Virus record (IMG/VR): IMGVR_UViG_3300045988_058853
Span: 1 to 46,529 of that record
Source: a virus
Direction: 5' to 3' (one strand)
DNA length: 46,529 nucleotides
Shown: piece by piece, positions 15,001-24,348 of the stretch
Position numbering within the stretch: the stretch's first letter is position 1
Layout: each line of letters begins with the position of its first letter
Position numbers and translations under genes: made by a program
The notes under the pieces: model-generated
Database searches by the model: none
Seen by the model: only the letters and a program-made list of their open reading frames with translations
Told to the model about the DNA's origin: nothing

Positions 15001-17140
15001 GTGCTCTCTCCGCCTCTGTTGCTGCGTTGGCTGCATCTTGCTTCGCTTGGTTTACTTCATCCTCAACTGACTTTCCGTTTCTCAACAAGAATATACCACG
15101 AAGAAAAGCGTTATCGCAATACAAGCCGCTACCGGATGGCTGTTGTCCTTCCGGAAACGCAGAGTCCTGTATGTTACTTAAATCGCCAAGACGTGTCCTA
15201 TTCGTACCGGATAACGATTTTGTTTTAACTCCGTTCAATATCTCTATGTACGGGTGTCCGCTTTCCTGCGCTGTGATATAAATTAACGCCTGCCGTTCGG
15301 GGTTCTTCGTATTTCCCATCTGAACAACTTCATCGCCAACAGCCGGAACAACGTTGTTAAACTCGGACTTATCGCAAAGAATATAACCGTCTGCGGCTGT
15401 CTTAACCTCTACCCAATAGAATTTAAGCACATTCTTACTCCATGACTGGCAGCGTATCAAGTCACCTTCTTGGAAGGTAGGAAATTCCTCACCGAACGTA
15501 ATTTTGTACTGCGTTCCTGCGTCCTCAACGGCTGTAACCTTACCGTTTGACTGAGACACGACAATGGCACCGTTGACGCTACGAATCTTTTGAATAAGCA
15601 ACTCAAAGATGTTCATAGTTTGACGGACGGTTAGGTTATCGCATTCGATATTCCAGTTACCGTTTTCCAACCATATTTTAAAGCCCTCACCCAAGAAGCC
15701 GGGAACAAACGTTTCGGACGAAAGGAACTCGTAGATGATAGCTGAAAGGTACTGCAACTGTCCTTCTTTCGTAATCTTTCCGGTATGACTGCCATTTTTC
15801 GACCCTGTATATACGTCACTGCGCAATATAGAGTCACCTCTTGCGGTTAAATCGTTTACATTGGCATTACCCATTCCGTCAATTGTTGCGGAAGTATTGT
15901 TAACAGTTAAAAAGCCAGTTTCCACTGAGTCAAAACGTGATTTACCGCCATCAACGTTACCCAATTTGGCGTTCCCGTCCCGGTCTACGCTTGCGGGATA
16001 CTCACCGCTTGTATTCGGTGTACCGATATTAACGCCTCCACGAAGGGACAAAAGGAATTCCGTTACATCTTCGTGATTCTTCGAGATGTACCCCTCTAAC
16101 ATGCGGTAAAGGTTGAATTTACGCGCCTCACCCGCACCCATATCAACGGCAATGGTGGTATTTTCGTCAATCAAATCAATCGGTGATAGTTCCCGGATTA
16201 ACTTACCTTTGATTGTCGGCTCTCCCTGTTTAAATTCACGGTAATACAGCCCTACTGTGTCCGGACTAAACAGAATTGGAGTGTCAATATCCGCCAGTAG
16301 GGCATTATAAAAAGACTCTCTATCTCTCCGATTGAAAGAAGGGAGTTTTTGAATGATTGTATCTGTTTCAAATTGGCATTCAATAGCAGCCAAGTATCCG
16401 TTATCCTGCCAGTCGGGATTGTACTCAAAGTTCAGAGCGTTGTAATACTCCCCGTCATGGGTGAAACGGATATAATCAGACAGACGCACAAGACGAAGCG
16501 CATCGCAAATATACTCCGGTGCGAGGAAATTGAAGCCGAATACTTTGTTGCAAGTTTGCAGTTCAAGAAACTTATAACCTGCACGCTTGGTTATCTCTTC
16601 CTCAAACTCGTATTTAGGCTTAAAGAAGGTAGTCGGGATATACATCTGAAACTTGAAATCGTTATCCGTACCAGTCGTTACGAAGCCATTAGGATACGCC
16701 AACTTTTCATCATTCCAGTACTCCAATTTAACGAAGTTGGTATTAGTTTCTATTCCCTCAGTTACGCAAATAGGGGTGGATACGTATGTTTCGCCTCCGG
16801 GTATAGTGAACTCAGCACGATATACACCCGGTTCGATTGATTTAGCATACACATTACTACCGGGTGATACGTACAAAACTGAGTTATGTTCGTCCATCGT
16901 ATCAACTTTTATTTTGATACCCGTTCCGGTTCTCTCTCCGGTAGCTTCATTCACAAGAAACACCTCTACCGTAGTAGGGTCAAATGATGGAAGGTTGGTA
17001 ACTGTAAACTGAAACGGAGGCAATTCGGTTGTACTAAACGGCAAAGCGAACTCCTTACCATAGGCGTACCATTTTTTATACGTAGCCTTCATGCTTTTCT
17101 CTCTGAAAGCTAATGGACTAAAGTTGTTGAATGTATTCAT
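12089..17140 (-). CDS. Tail fiber / host-specificity protein (1683 aa) with three tandem CBM-like modules
   Basis: Largest ORF, downstream of the tape measure. Coiled-coil QAKQDAANAATEAERAQQTAQEAKDRLNKWADDGFISPTEKP. Repeated W-x-P-A-[PA]-[ES]-[DE] junctions (nt 14210-14230, 13772-13792, 13247-13267). The track start (17167) is a TTG inside a -7 box; the first ATG is at 17140. Confidence 0.8.
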   Translation of the reverse strand: MNTFNNFSPLAFREKSMKATYKKWYAYGKEFALPFSTTELPPFQFTVTNLPSFDPTTVEVFLVNEATGERTGTGIKIKVDTMDEHNSVLYVSPGSNVYAKSIEPGVYRAEFTIPGGETYVSTPICVTEGIETNTNFVKLEYWNDEKLAYPNGFVTTGTDNDFKFQMYIPTTFFKPKYEFEEEITKRAGYKFLELQTCNKVFGFNFLAPEYICDALRLVRLSDYIRFTHDGEYYNALNFEYNPDWQDNGYLAAIECQFETDTIIQKLPSFNRRDRESFYNALLADIDTPILFSPDTVGLYYREFKQGEPTIKGKLIRELSPIDLIDENTTIAVDMGAGEARKFNLYRMLEGYISKNHEDVTEFLLSLRGGVNIGTPNTSGEYPASVDRDGNAKLGNVDGGKSRFDSVETGFLTVNNTSATIDGMGNANVNDLTARGDSILRSDVYTGSKNGSHTGKITKEGQLQYLSAIIYEFLSSETFVPGFLGEGFKIWLENGNWNIECDNLTVRQTMNIFELLIQKIRSVNGAIVVSQSNGKVTAVEDAGTQYKITFGEEFPTFQEGDLIRCQSWSKNVLKFYWVEVKTAADGYILCDKSEFNNVVPAVGDEVVQMGNTKNPERQALIYITAQESGHPYIEILNGVKTKSLSGTNRTRLGDLSNIQDSAFPEGQQPSGSGLYCDNAFLRGIFLLRNGKSVEDEVNQAKQDAANAATEAERAQQTAQEAKDRLNKWADDGFISPTEKPALIDEGKRIQAEYLQIKANADKYGVPVTEYTEAYNNYLNELRYHSAATPEDIAVRPELAQSQTAYYDKRNGALNAISNAAKSYVDEAEKKLKEYLDTEITAIPGKIELAVRSLKTADTNLLKGAFREITNASYNIGYYNYDVPVINGKEYTLTVCYTLSSENTHISAYSNRGTNFLVDFNTKGNMVVESKKVTMVGYKPTEGLYFFQFPNGTYGSKVHWAVLTDGNLGVTSWIPAASEKNVGLKNLCSFKRIVDAGFTYASRYDDDGTILMLPSVLHKESFVAKKDMFGLTYDPQKRYYVFIDHFVPSATIPNGTRSISLRIEYTDGTSEYMAVYNDSIGNNFILTSKAIRYILGSYHTPISTYLRIGIFETSFPVSWSPAPEDQLYKSVKYTDTQILAVDGKIELSVTTQLNKRVIGGANLCLKSGVCITGVGNHFRINMSKYWRDLRGKKVTLSFDYEYSNLVLGRNSRIGMEEAVLKDGTSNHYYIGSWKYFDSTSLKADTGRFVETVTVPNDIVNAQNIGISFYIQVGDGTTMKICNPQIEIGDTATGWKPAPEDGVNESKEYTRQQISIVEGKITTTVEKITEVDGKVTGLASRVTQTESSINSVVERVDDQGNRLSAAEIKLDSTSIKLGVVEGTANDAKATAGTASNKADAVDGRVTATQNGLVETGINITSRKIVLKSDNVLFQNNAGQQTAALNANGRLTANVIEAGEVVANGFAAQRITTGNLTVTDGAVIAGMSISGNRLTGGNITLTNGARIGSFQVSLNWLTGLNSSQIDLWSGANTGEGNNTLMQPGRILINQKGDNQPALEIQGKGNTLIAGKYCSLNVDTFQVTANQVRIPGVFFACSLLANATIGKTWGSFNFHITGFRKLSTGRYTVTYTGYTGDVYIMLQPMEYTKWGCACIEPYSQGSFTYKTFDANSGLFDCAVIAYFCGMPS

Positions 17141-17177
17141 GTTTATAAAAATTTGATTATTGGGCAAATATACAAAA
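17141..17177 (-). promoter_or_regulatory. Promoter candidate for the tail fiber gene (-7 box TATATTTG = plus 17165..17172)
   Basis: Minus strand ...GGGGGTATTTTTGTATATTTGCCCAATAATCAAATTTTTATAAACATG; the box follows the terminator T-run. Confidence 0.4.
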
Positions 17178-17201
17178 ATACCCCCTATTAAGAGGGGGTA
17201 T
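17178..17201 (-). terminator. Terminator hairpin between the 727-aa gene and the tail fiber gene
   Basis: 9-bp stem ataccccct / agggggtat with loop attaag, followed by TTTTT on the minus strand. Overlaps the stop codon at 17188. Confidence 0.6.
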
Positions 17202-19371
17202 ATGTGAGTGAAACGGTTATTTCACGGGTAGTCAAGTCCTCAGTCATGGTTAGAGGCTTCCCGTTTCCGACATCGGTAGTCATTAGCTTGATCGGATCGG
17301 GCGTTGTGTCGTAGGTGAAAGATAAGTCTTGTGTCATACTTCGCCTCAGCCGTTGTACAGTCACCGTTTTATCTCCTTCGTGTTCAATGTTAGCGGCTGG
17401 CATATCGTACATGTAATACTTCACGAGATGCAAGAACGACATATAGCCATTTTGAGGCGTTACGGTGTAGTCGTTACCCGACTTATCCGTCAACGGAACC
17501 GTAACAAACGGCAGTTCCCATTTGCCGGACTTTTGAACCGCACCAAGCAGCGCAAAACCATCTGAGGAAAAGTCACCCGGTGATAGTAGCATATAATCCA
17601 CATCAGAGGAAAAGTTTGCTACTCGAATATCCTCTTTCTTCCCTTCCTGAACATAGTTTGATTTAACGTCAATAGGGAATCCGGCAAAGGTATTAGTCGT
17701 ATCGTCCATCCATGAAAACTCAAAGCGTGACGGCAGGTCTGTTTTATCATACTTAAGCGTGTTAGTCTTAAATGTGAATAGTTGTCCACTCTTTGCATAC
17801 CTCAACTTTGTTAGGTCAATGCCTACCGTCCCTGTTCCGGTATAAGAGCCGCCCGACATGAAGTATGATATATGCTCTATCCTCAGTTTATCACCGTCTA
17901 TAAACCAATAGAGTTTCATTGTATCGCGAAGCATTTTAAAGATGTCGCTCAGTGTCGTTTCTGCTTTCTTTGCGGGTTGATCATACTCACCCTTTAGAAT
18001 GTTACTTTTCGGAGTGATAAAGACCTTGAAAGGAGCGCCAGTCAACGGATTAGACATACCGTATAAGAAGCGTGAATATTCCTCCGTGGCTTCGTGGTGC
18101 AGCGTTGGGTCTACCTGTGTGAGTAGCGTCTTTATTGCGTCACTGATGGCAAAGGAGTGCTTAAGAATGTACTTCTTTCGGGCGCGTTCTTCCAGTGCGC
18201 TATACCCTAAATCATACTCAAACCAAACGGACATATTACCCCATCTTGAACGGCAAATAGGGTACAGTTTGCCAGCTCCTACAGTTGCAGGGAGAAAGTT
18301 ATCTACGAAGTACTTACCATCGTCGTTGACACCGTATTCGGTTGGCGCAACCTGCGTCTTTGTCGAGGTATAGAAATAGTTACCCTGCAAAGGGAAAGCG
18401 TACCGATAATTGCTATTGGTAGGGTATATATCATCAGACGACAACGCACCTGCCTTCTTTCCGTCCAGTTCTGGCAAATCAAGCAATAGACGCTGATATA
18501 GGCTCTGGGACAGGTTCGATTTCATCGTTATGTTAGCTGGTAATGTCGGTTCTTCCGGTATGCGCACGAATGACAACAACCGCTCACCCAAATTAAAGCC
18601 TGTACGTTCGTCCCACGTTAAATTAGACGTTCGGTATAGCTTCGTTCCATTGCTTTGTGCTAAATACATGTATCCATGCGCTACTTGTGCCTCAGATGAA
18701 GTTTTTTCAAGTGCGAGATAGTAGCTTCCATCTTCTTTGCGATACGACCCTTTAGAACCGTAGTAATTCCCGTTAAAAAACTGGTGCGGAGTTTCGTTGA
18801 ATGTTATTTCGTTATAGTCCCCGAAATATTCGAAAAAGTATTTGCTTTTAAGCGTGTCACCGCTCGTCACCACCTCGTATACATCCGTTTCAAAATAAGT
18901 ACCTGCAAGGTAGTTAGATATTGTTCCAGCGCCCGCAATATAGACCTGCACAAGTGGACGCTTATACACACCTATCTGAGTCAAGGCAGGTGCAAGTCTG
19001 ATTAAGTCATACTTATTCTCAATGTTCTTCATTATGCCGGAATAAGCGTCTTTAGGTGATAACTTAACCTTGCAACTCCGATTGTCGTTATCTATCTCAC
19101 AATCTGTCTTGCTGAAATACGCTTCATAGATTACAGTGTATTGCTCCTCCGGCTGTCCTTTGTCCTTTTGTTCGATAGTCATGTAGATCACATCCTCAAT
19201 GCTCTTATTCTTTATTAACAAATAGTCTGCACCGATGAAAGTTAAGCTACCTTCGATTGTCTCTCTGAAAAATTCCTGTTCGTTCTCCTTCCCGAACTTT
19301 CTCTTTAATTCGGTGTAAAGGGGGTGCACCTCTACACCCCCGATTTTAAACCTCAAGTCCTTTACATTCAT
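17188..19371 (-). CDS. Large tail/baseplate protein in the Dit/Tal position
   Basis: 727 aa; 4-nt overlap with the tape measure end. Assignment is positional only. Confidence 0.5.
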   Translation of the reverse strand: MNVKDLRFKIGGVEVHPLYTELKRKFGKENEQEFFRETIEGSLTFIGADYLLIKNKSIEDVIYMTIEQKDKGQPEEQYTVIYEAYFSKTDCEIDNDNRSCKVKLSPKDAYSGIMKNIENKYDLIRLAPALTQIGVYKRPLVQVYIAGAGTISNYLAGTYFETDVYEVVTSGDTLKSKYFFEYFGDYNEITFNETPHQFFNGNYYGSKGSYRKEDGSYYLALEKTSSEAQVAHGYMYLAQSNGTKLYRTSNLTWDERTGFNLGERLLSFVRIPEEPTLPANITMKSNLSQSLYQRLLLDLPELDGKKAGALSSDDIYPTNSNYRYAFPLQGNYFYTSTKTQVAPTEYGVNDDGKYFVDNFLPATVGAGKLYPICRSRWGNMSVWFEYDLGYSALEERARKKYILKHSFAISDAIKTLLTQVDPTLHHEATEEYSRFLYGMSNPLTGAPFKVFITPKSNILKGEYDQPAKKAETTLSDIFKMLRDTMKLYWFIDGDKLRIEHISYFMSGGSYTGTGTVGIDLTKLRYAKSGQLFTFKTNTLKYDKTDLPSRFEFSWMDDTTNTFAGFPIDVKSNYVQEGKKEDIRVANFSSDVDYMLLSPGDFSSDGFALLGAVQKSGKWELPFVTVPLTDKSGNDYTVTPQNGYMSFLHLVKYYMYDMPAANIEHEGDKTVTVQRLRRSMTQDLSFTYDTTPDPIKLMTTDVGNGKPLTMTEDLTTREITVSLTYTPS

Positions 19372-22300
19372 TTCGTCTTTATTATACGTTTAACATTTCC
19401 TTTCACCTCAATGATTGTACCGTCCGCTCCCGTTATAAACTTGTGTCCGGCACTCTCCTTGATTGATTTCAAATCACGTTCTACATTAGACAAATCTACG
19501 TTGCCTCCCTGCATGATATTCGTGACTTCATCAGCACCGGAATAGGCGTTTAGGTATTTCTGTTCAAAAGTACCTTTATTCAGTGAATTAATCAAGTCAG
19601 GCACTAACCGTCTATAACGTTGGGAAGAACGTTTGTTAATTACTGCAAAATATTCACCCTTTTCTACCCGTCTGCGCTTGCCGTCCTTTGTTGTACCTAA
19701 ATCAACATCGTTGCCCGAAGCATGTGAACCTCCGTAGTCAATCATTTCGACCGTACCGTTACCGTATTCCTCTGTTTGGTCTGAGGCTTTAGATAACTGA
19801 GAGGCTTTAATCTTAGCGAATGCAAACGACCCCCACATCAATGCGATTGCCGGAATAGCTGCTAATCCCAAGTCTTTCCACAAATTAGCAGTTGCAGTAA
19901 CCAAAGAACTTGCCTGCATCAGTGTATCTATCCGTTCCTGTGCCTTCTGAGCCTTCTTCTTATCTCTCAGTGCTTTTTCTTGCTGCTTGCGGGCGAAGTC
20001 CAGTTCCTTTTGTGCGGTTGCTACGTTGTTGGCGTATCCGTTTGCCCTCGCTTGTATTTCAGCGTCCAGTACCTTTTGACGTGCTGATACTTCCTTTTCG
20101 GCTGCCTGTACAGCTTTCTCAGCCGCTTCGACCCTTGCCTGTGCTACGCTCTTAAGATTCTCTATTGCGTACTCCGAAGCGTCTGCAATCGACTGCTTAA
20201 ATTCCTCTGAACGCTCTTTGCCGGACTTACCACCTTTATCACCGAACGCGCCGCCAAACATCAGATCAAACAGGTTACCAAATACACCTTGTTCGGAATC
20301 CCAACCGGACGCTTTTTGTTTGATGGCATTATCTATGCCTGCGATAGTGTCCTCAACCGTTTTAATCTCGTATCCCGTAATCTGAGAACCGTATAAGCGT
20401 GTTAGCTCTAATATCTGTTCCCATTTTTGACGCTCAGCATTTAACCGGAAAACTTCCTGCTCTTTTGCTGATCGTTGCACAATGTTAAATTCGGCTTCGC
20501 TTGCTTGTTGTTCTTGCTGCAAGCGGAACACAGACCGGGATATTATACGATTATTCTGATCATTCGTGAAGTCCTCCCGTAGCTTGATAGACGCCAATTG
20601 ATACGCACGCTGCAATATCAAAAGACGTTCGTTCTTTACCGCTTCTGTGTCCGTTGACTGTTTGATACGTAGTTCATCTTGTTTCCGTTCGTTTTCAAGT
20701 AAGTAAGTTTGCAATAACAGTTCTTCCCCAGTTCCTGCACGCACAGCCCTCAGACGTTCGTTCATAAAGTCATGCGCTTTCTGTAAATCTTCCAATTCCC
20801 ATCTTTCACGCAACTTTTCCAAGTCCCTACGCAGTTTTGCCTCTATGTTATAAACGGTATCCGCATATTGTTGCGTAGCTCTTTGCTTTTCCGTTGTGTC
20901 CTTTTGAAGTTTAGAGAGTTCCGCCCTCGCTGCCTCTCTTATCTCCGCTTCTTCTTTCTTTCGTGCGTCTGTAATCAGAGCTACTCTGCTTTCCTCGTAG
21001 GCTTTTAGTAGATCGAACTCCTTTTTCTTGCTGTCCTTAGTAGTATCCTTTCCGGTCACCGAATCAACGCTAACGAGTTTAGTAAGATTCTCCATTGACT
21101 TGGTTAAGATATTCTGCCTCTTAGCAAGTTTCTCCGCTTCATCTCCGTACTCCTTAATATTATCTTTGAGTTTATTAACATTGCTCGCTGTCGCTGCATA
21201 ATATTGACTCGCTGCCTGTGTAGACGTTGCTGTTATGGTAGACGATACCTTTGCGGTGTATTGCTCCGCTTTTGCGAGTTCGCCCTGCGCCTGTACTTGC
21301 TTCGTTAATAGACCGATTCTTTTTTGATCTGCATCTATAAACTCCTTTTGCAACTCTGTTATCTTATCCAGTGCGGCACGTGCTTTTGCATTCTCTGTAA
21401 TAGCCTTAGTTGCTTCTTTATACGCTTTAGACGCTTTCCCTAACTTTATTTCTTCATCGCTTAGGTTTTTAAAGTATTCGGGATACTCCTTTTTCAATGC
21501 CTTAACCGCTTTCGTCCTTTCGTTTGTAGATTTAGCGTTGTTTGTAGCTGTTTTGTACAGTAAGTTGAGTTTTAAAGTCTCTTTCGCTGTCTCTAATCGC
21601 GCGTTTTGCATAGCATCAGCCATATGTTTAAGGCTACCCGTTAAGCTCTCTACCCGCTTCTTTCCTGTGAATAAGCTGCCTATCCAGTTGGTTATATCCT
21701 TACCCCACAGAGAAAAAGCAGTAAGCACTAACACCATGACAGTGTTAAACGAAAACATTGACTTGATAAGTTTCCCCGTAATACTTACTTGCGCCTCACC
21801 TGCTTTTGCTGCTGCTTCATTTGCTGCCCTCAGTTTTTGTATCTCGTCTATAACCATTGGAATGTTATTCGAGATAGCGAGGAAGAAGGTGTTTGCGCTG
21901 ATCGCCAGTGATGGCAACTCACGTGCAACCTGTGACACAGAAAAACCTAAACCATCAAATGCCTGTTTGTAGTTACCTACGCTTAACGTGTGTTTCCCAG
22001 TGCTCTTTTGATACTTATCCATCGCTGCGTATATCTCAGCTGTTTGTTTAACAAGTCGCTTGCCTGCTTCTGTATTCTCCAAATACGACTGAGAAAGATT
22101 GTTCATCTTAATCTTGTTTAGCTCGTATTGTGCGGACAGGGCATTGTAGCTACCAGCCATTGAATTATTTAACTTAGCTTGCAGTTTATTAAGCCGTGTT
22201 TGATCTGTCTGCTGCTGCTTCAATACGGCTATCTCCTTAGCGGTATCTGTCATAGCCAACTTTAAATCAACTTCGGCACGTGCCAGTGAACGAACCTGTT

Positions 22301-22511
22301 TTTCGTAGGCATCTATCTTTTTGCGTCCTTCCTCAGTCGCACCGCCTCCCTCACTGAGTGGCTTTTGAAGACCTTTCGCACCTTCCTCGATACGCTTTAA
22401 CATTGTTTCATACAGCTTTTGCAGTTGCTCCAACTGCTTAACCGCCTCCGATATGCTGTTATCCGGCTGTATCAGATCGCTATATTTTATTCCTTTAACA
22501 TCGTTTGCCAT
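19368..22511 (-). CDS. Tail tape measure protein
   Basis: 1047 aa, highly helical, rich in A/K/E/Q, with internal hydrophobic segments (FFLAISNNIPMV, VMVLVLTAFSLWG, LAAIPAIALMWGSFAFA). Canonical position. Confidence 0.85.
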   Translation of the reverse strand: MANDVKGIKYSDLIQPDNSISEAVKQLEQLQKLYETMLKRIEEGAKGLQKPLSEGGGATEEGRKKIDAYEKQVRSLARAEVDLKLAMTDTAKEIAVLKQQQTDQTRLNKLQAKLNNSMAGSYNALSAQYELNKIKMNNLSQSYLENTEAGKRLVKQTAEIYAAMDKYQKSTGKHTLSVGNYKQAFDGLGFSVSQVARELPSLAISANTFFLAISNNIPMVIDEIQKLRAANEAAAKAGEAQVSITGKLIKSMFSFNTVMVLVLTAFSLWGKDITNWIGSLFTGKKRVESLTGSLKHMADAMQNARLETAKETLKLNLLYKTATNNAKSTNERTKAVKALKKEYPEYFKNLSDEEIKLGKASKAYKEATKAITENAKARAALDKITELQKEFIDADQKRIGLLTKQVQAQGELAKAEQYTAKVSSTITATSTQAASQYYAATASNVNKLKDNIKEYGDEAEKLAKRQNILTKSMENLTKLVSVDSVTGKDTTKDSKKKEFDLLKAYEESRVALITDARKKEEAEIREAARAELSKLQKDTTEKQRATQQYADTVYNIEAKLRRDLEKLRERWELEDLQKAHDFMNERLRAVRAGTGEELLLQTYLLENERKQDELRIKQSTDTEAVKNERLLILQRAYQLASIKLREDFTNDQNNRIISRSVFRLQQEQQASEAEFNIVQRSAKEQEVFRLNAERQKWEQILELTRLYGSQITGYEIKTVEDTIAGIDNAIKQKASGWDSEQGVFGNLFDLMFGGAFGDKGGKSGKERSEEFKQSIADASEYAIENLKSVAQARVEAAEKAVQAAEKEVSARQKVLDAEIQARANGYANNVATAQKELDFARKQQEKALRDKKKAQKAQERIDTLMQASSLVTATANLWKDLGLAAIPAIALMWGSFAFAKIKASQLSKASDQTEEYGNGTVEMIDYGGSHASGNDVDLGTTKDGKRRRVEKGEYFAVINKRSSQRYRRLVPDLINSLNKGTFEQKYLNAYSGADEVTNIMQGGNVDLSNVERDLKSIKESAGHKFITGADGTIIEVKGNVKRIIKTK

Positions 22512-22516
22512 ATAAT

Positions 22517-23257
22517 TTACTTTTTAGCTTTTTTACTTTGTCTTTTAATCATCTCGAATGCTGAGTAGAAATCAAATACTGTCATGTCCTTTGCGTTTAT
22601 GTGCATTTCCTTCGTGATAAGTAAACACATCTCCGTAAACTCCTTATCTGACTGTATCTCTACCGATTTCTCACCTTGAAAGCATCGAGGCGGATAGTAT
22701 ACTGTCAGTTGATCGGTCAATGACTGAATTTCATCGCCTCTATCCGTCCCGTTTGCTGTTTGATCTAACATTGCGGTTAGTAGCTGCAATTTCAGATCGT
22801 AGTACTCCTTAATCTGAGGGCTGTCACCCATTGAAGGGAAGTACATCGACATCTCACCCTCTATTTTTTTTTTGACCGCCTCGTTTGCCTCTGACAGCTC
22901 CGAAACGGTTACATCTGATAGAATGGTGTGTATTTCCTTCAATTGCTCGTCCGTTATGTGTACCGGATACTCTTTCCCGTCCAATGACTTAACGAACGCA
23001 CCGAATGCAATCATGCCCGGGTGAATGCCGTTCGTTGCCATGTTGAACGACTGTCTGAGGTTTAATAGTTCGGTGTACGTGTGATCTGGGTTAGTCTTGC
23101 AGTACAGAGTAGCCCGTTTCAGATGGGTATCCAATTCCTCAATAGTAGAGCCTACACCGGAATCAACCAACATCAAACGGTTGAACTTTTGATACCTTGC
23201 AATAGGTAGTGAGTCGATGCCCTCGTACAACTCGACTTCATGCCGCCCTACTTTCAT
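22517..23257 (-). CDS. Hypothetical protein in the tail-assembly-chaperone position
   Basis: 246 aa immediately upstream of the tape measure. Contains an A10 tract (plus T-run 22864..22873). SD-like GAAAGGAGGCGAAGA precedes the ATG. Confidence 0.45.
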   Translation of the reverse strand: MKVGRHEVELYEGIDSLPIARYQKFNRLMLVDSGVGSTIEELDTHLKRATLYCKTNPDHTYTELLNLRQSFNMATNGIHPGMIAFGAFVKSLDGKEYPVHITDEQLKEIHTILSDVTVSELSEANEAVKKKIEGEMSMYFPSMGDSPQIKEYYDLKLQLLTAMLDQTANGTDRGDEIQSLTDQLTVYYPPRCFQGEKSVEIQSDKEFTEMCLLITKEMHINAKDMTVFDFYSAFEMIKRQSKKAKK

Positions 23258-23517
23258 TCTTCGCCTCCTTTCTCGTATAGCATTGAGAACGTTTCAGAAT
23301 CGACCGCAAACGTTACTTTCTCACCCATGACAATGTAATCACCTGCATACACCTTCATCGTGCAATCGCTGATTCGGATAGTTGCTATTCCATCTGTGCC
23401 CGACAATAACTCAACGTCCGGAATCAAAACGGCAAGTTCGTACATATCACCGTTAAACTGTACAGCCTCAACAATATAAAACGGAAACAACACACTTACA
23501 TACTTTCTAATTTCCAT
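23254..23517 (-). CDS. Hypothetical protein (87 aa), tail-module associated
   Basis: ATGA overlap with the downstream gene. Confidence 0.5.
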   Translation of the reverse strand: MEIRKYVSVLFPFYIVEAVQFNGDMYELAVLIPDVELLSGTDGIATIRISDCTMKVYAGDYIVMGEKVTFAVDSETFSMLYEKGGEE

Positions 23518-23522
23518 AACTA

Positions 23523-23825
23523 TTAGATTAAGATTCTACAAACAGGTGCAGCAAATAACGGTGTGGCGAGAAACAACGGATCACCGAATAAAATAGCGAA
23601 TACCATCGACATAACGAACGAAGCCCAAAATGACAGACAAAAGTTGCATCCCGCTAACTGGTACATGAAGCTACGATTATATGCAGGGAATATCTTTTTC
23701 ACCCACATATCACCGAACACCTGCAATCTTTCGATTACTCCCCACTTTCTCAATAAACCAACAACAAATGCTGCCATAAACGCCACCAAAAGCGCACAAT
23801 TCAATAGTAAATTTACTTTTTCCAT
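23523..23825 (-). CDS. Small integral membrane protein with a CxxC motif (DUF1360-like?)
   Basis: The track ORF starts at a TTG; the first ATG (23825) gives MEKVNLLLNCALLVAFMAAFVVGLL...LAGCNFCLSFWASFVMSMVFAILF. 3 predicted TM segments. Confidence 0.55.
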   Translation of the reverse strand: MEKVNLLLNCALLVAFMAAFVVGLLRKWGVIERLQVFGDMWVKKIFPAYNRSFMYQLAGCNFCLSFWASFVMSMVFAILFGDPLFLATPLFAAPVCRILI

Positions 23826-23880
23826 ATTATAACATATTAGTTTTGTACAAATGTATGAATAAATAGCGAAAAACAAAACA
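23826..23880 (-). promoter_or_regulatory. Promoter candidate (-7 box TACATTTG = plus 23848..23855)
   Basis: Minus strand gTTTTGtttttcgctatttattcaTACATTTGtacaaaactaatatgttataatATG. Confidence 0.4.
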
Positions 23881-23950
23881 GATTGATAATTAAAAGGTTA
23901 GTTTGAATCTCTCCGAGGCGGGATAAAAAGAGAATGTATAAAAACAAGAA

Positions 23951-23970
23951 AAGGAGGCGTTAACCTCCTA
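23951..23970 (-). terminator. Rho-independent terminator after 23989..24348
   Basis: Stem aggagg/cctcct with a 6-nt loop. The minus strand continues TTTTCTTGTTTTT. Confidence 0.6.
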
Positions 23971-23988
23971 TTCCTTACTTGTTCATAA

Positions 23989-24348
23989 TTAGCTATTTTC
24001 TGTATAGTTCCTATACAAAGCAATCAATGCTGGGTGACATAAACACCCCTTGCCCGGCACAAATTCCATCCAATCGTGGATAGACACCCTTTCACACTGA
24101 ACGTGAGAACGGTTGCCATTAACATTAATGTTTTGCATTTCCGTCCTGATGAAACCACAACTTTCCATATACTCTAAAAAACGTGATGTTTCCTCACCTA
24201 ATAGGTCGTACACATCAACAAAGTCACAAGACATCAACATAGACACCATTTCCTTACCTTCTGCGGGACTTTCTTTCTTGACACGCATAATTGTGTCATT
24301 AATCCGAGAACGTATCTCTGAGAGCATTAAAATAACTTCTTCTTTCAT
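23989..24348 (-). CDS. Hypothetical protein
   Basis: 119 aa, ATG start, followed by a terminator. Confidence 0.55.
   Translation of the reverse strand: MKEEVILMLSEIRSRINDTIMRVKKESPAEGKEMVSMLMSCDFVDVYDLLGEETSRFLEYMESCGFIRTEMQNINVNGNRSHVQCERVSIHDWMEFVPGKGCLCHPALIALYRNYTENS

Noticed and set aside
12089-17140. Diversity-generating retroelement targeting the tail fiber
   Set aside because: No reverse transcriptase ORF exists in the genome, and I found no template/variable repeat pair with A-specific mismatches. The internal repeats are ancient, protein-level module duplications.
22517-23517. Canonical G/GT-type -1 programmed frameshift in the two genes upstream of the tape measure
   Set aside because: The 246-aa ORF is in the -1 frame relative to the 87-aa ORF, but it has its own ATG (ATGA overlap) with AAGGAGG upstream. 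No X_XXY_YYZ heptamer sits near the junction. The A10 tract inside the 246-aa gene leads to stops in both alternative frames.
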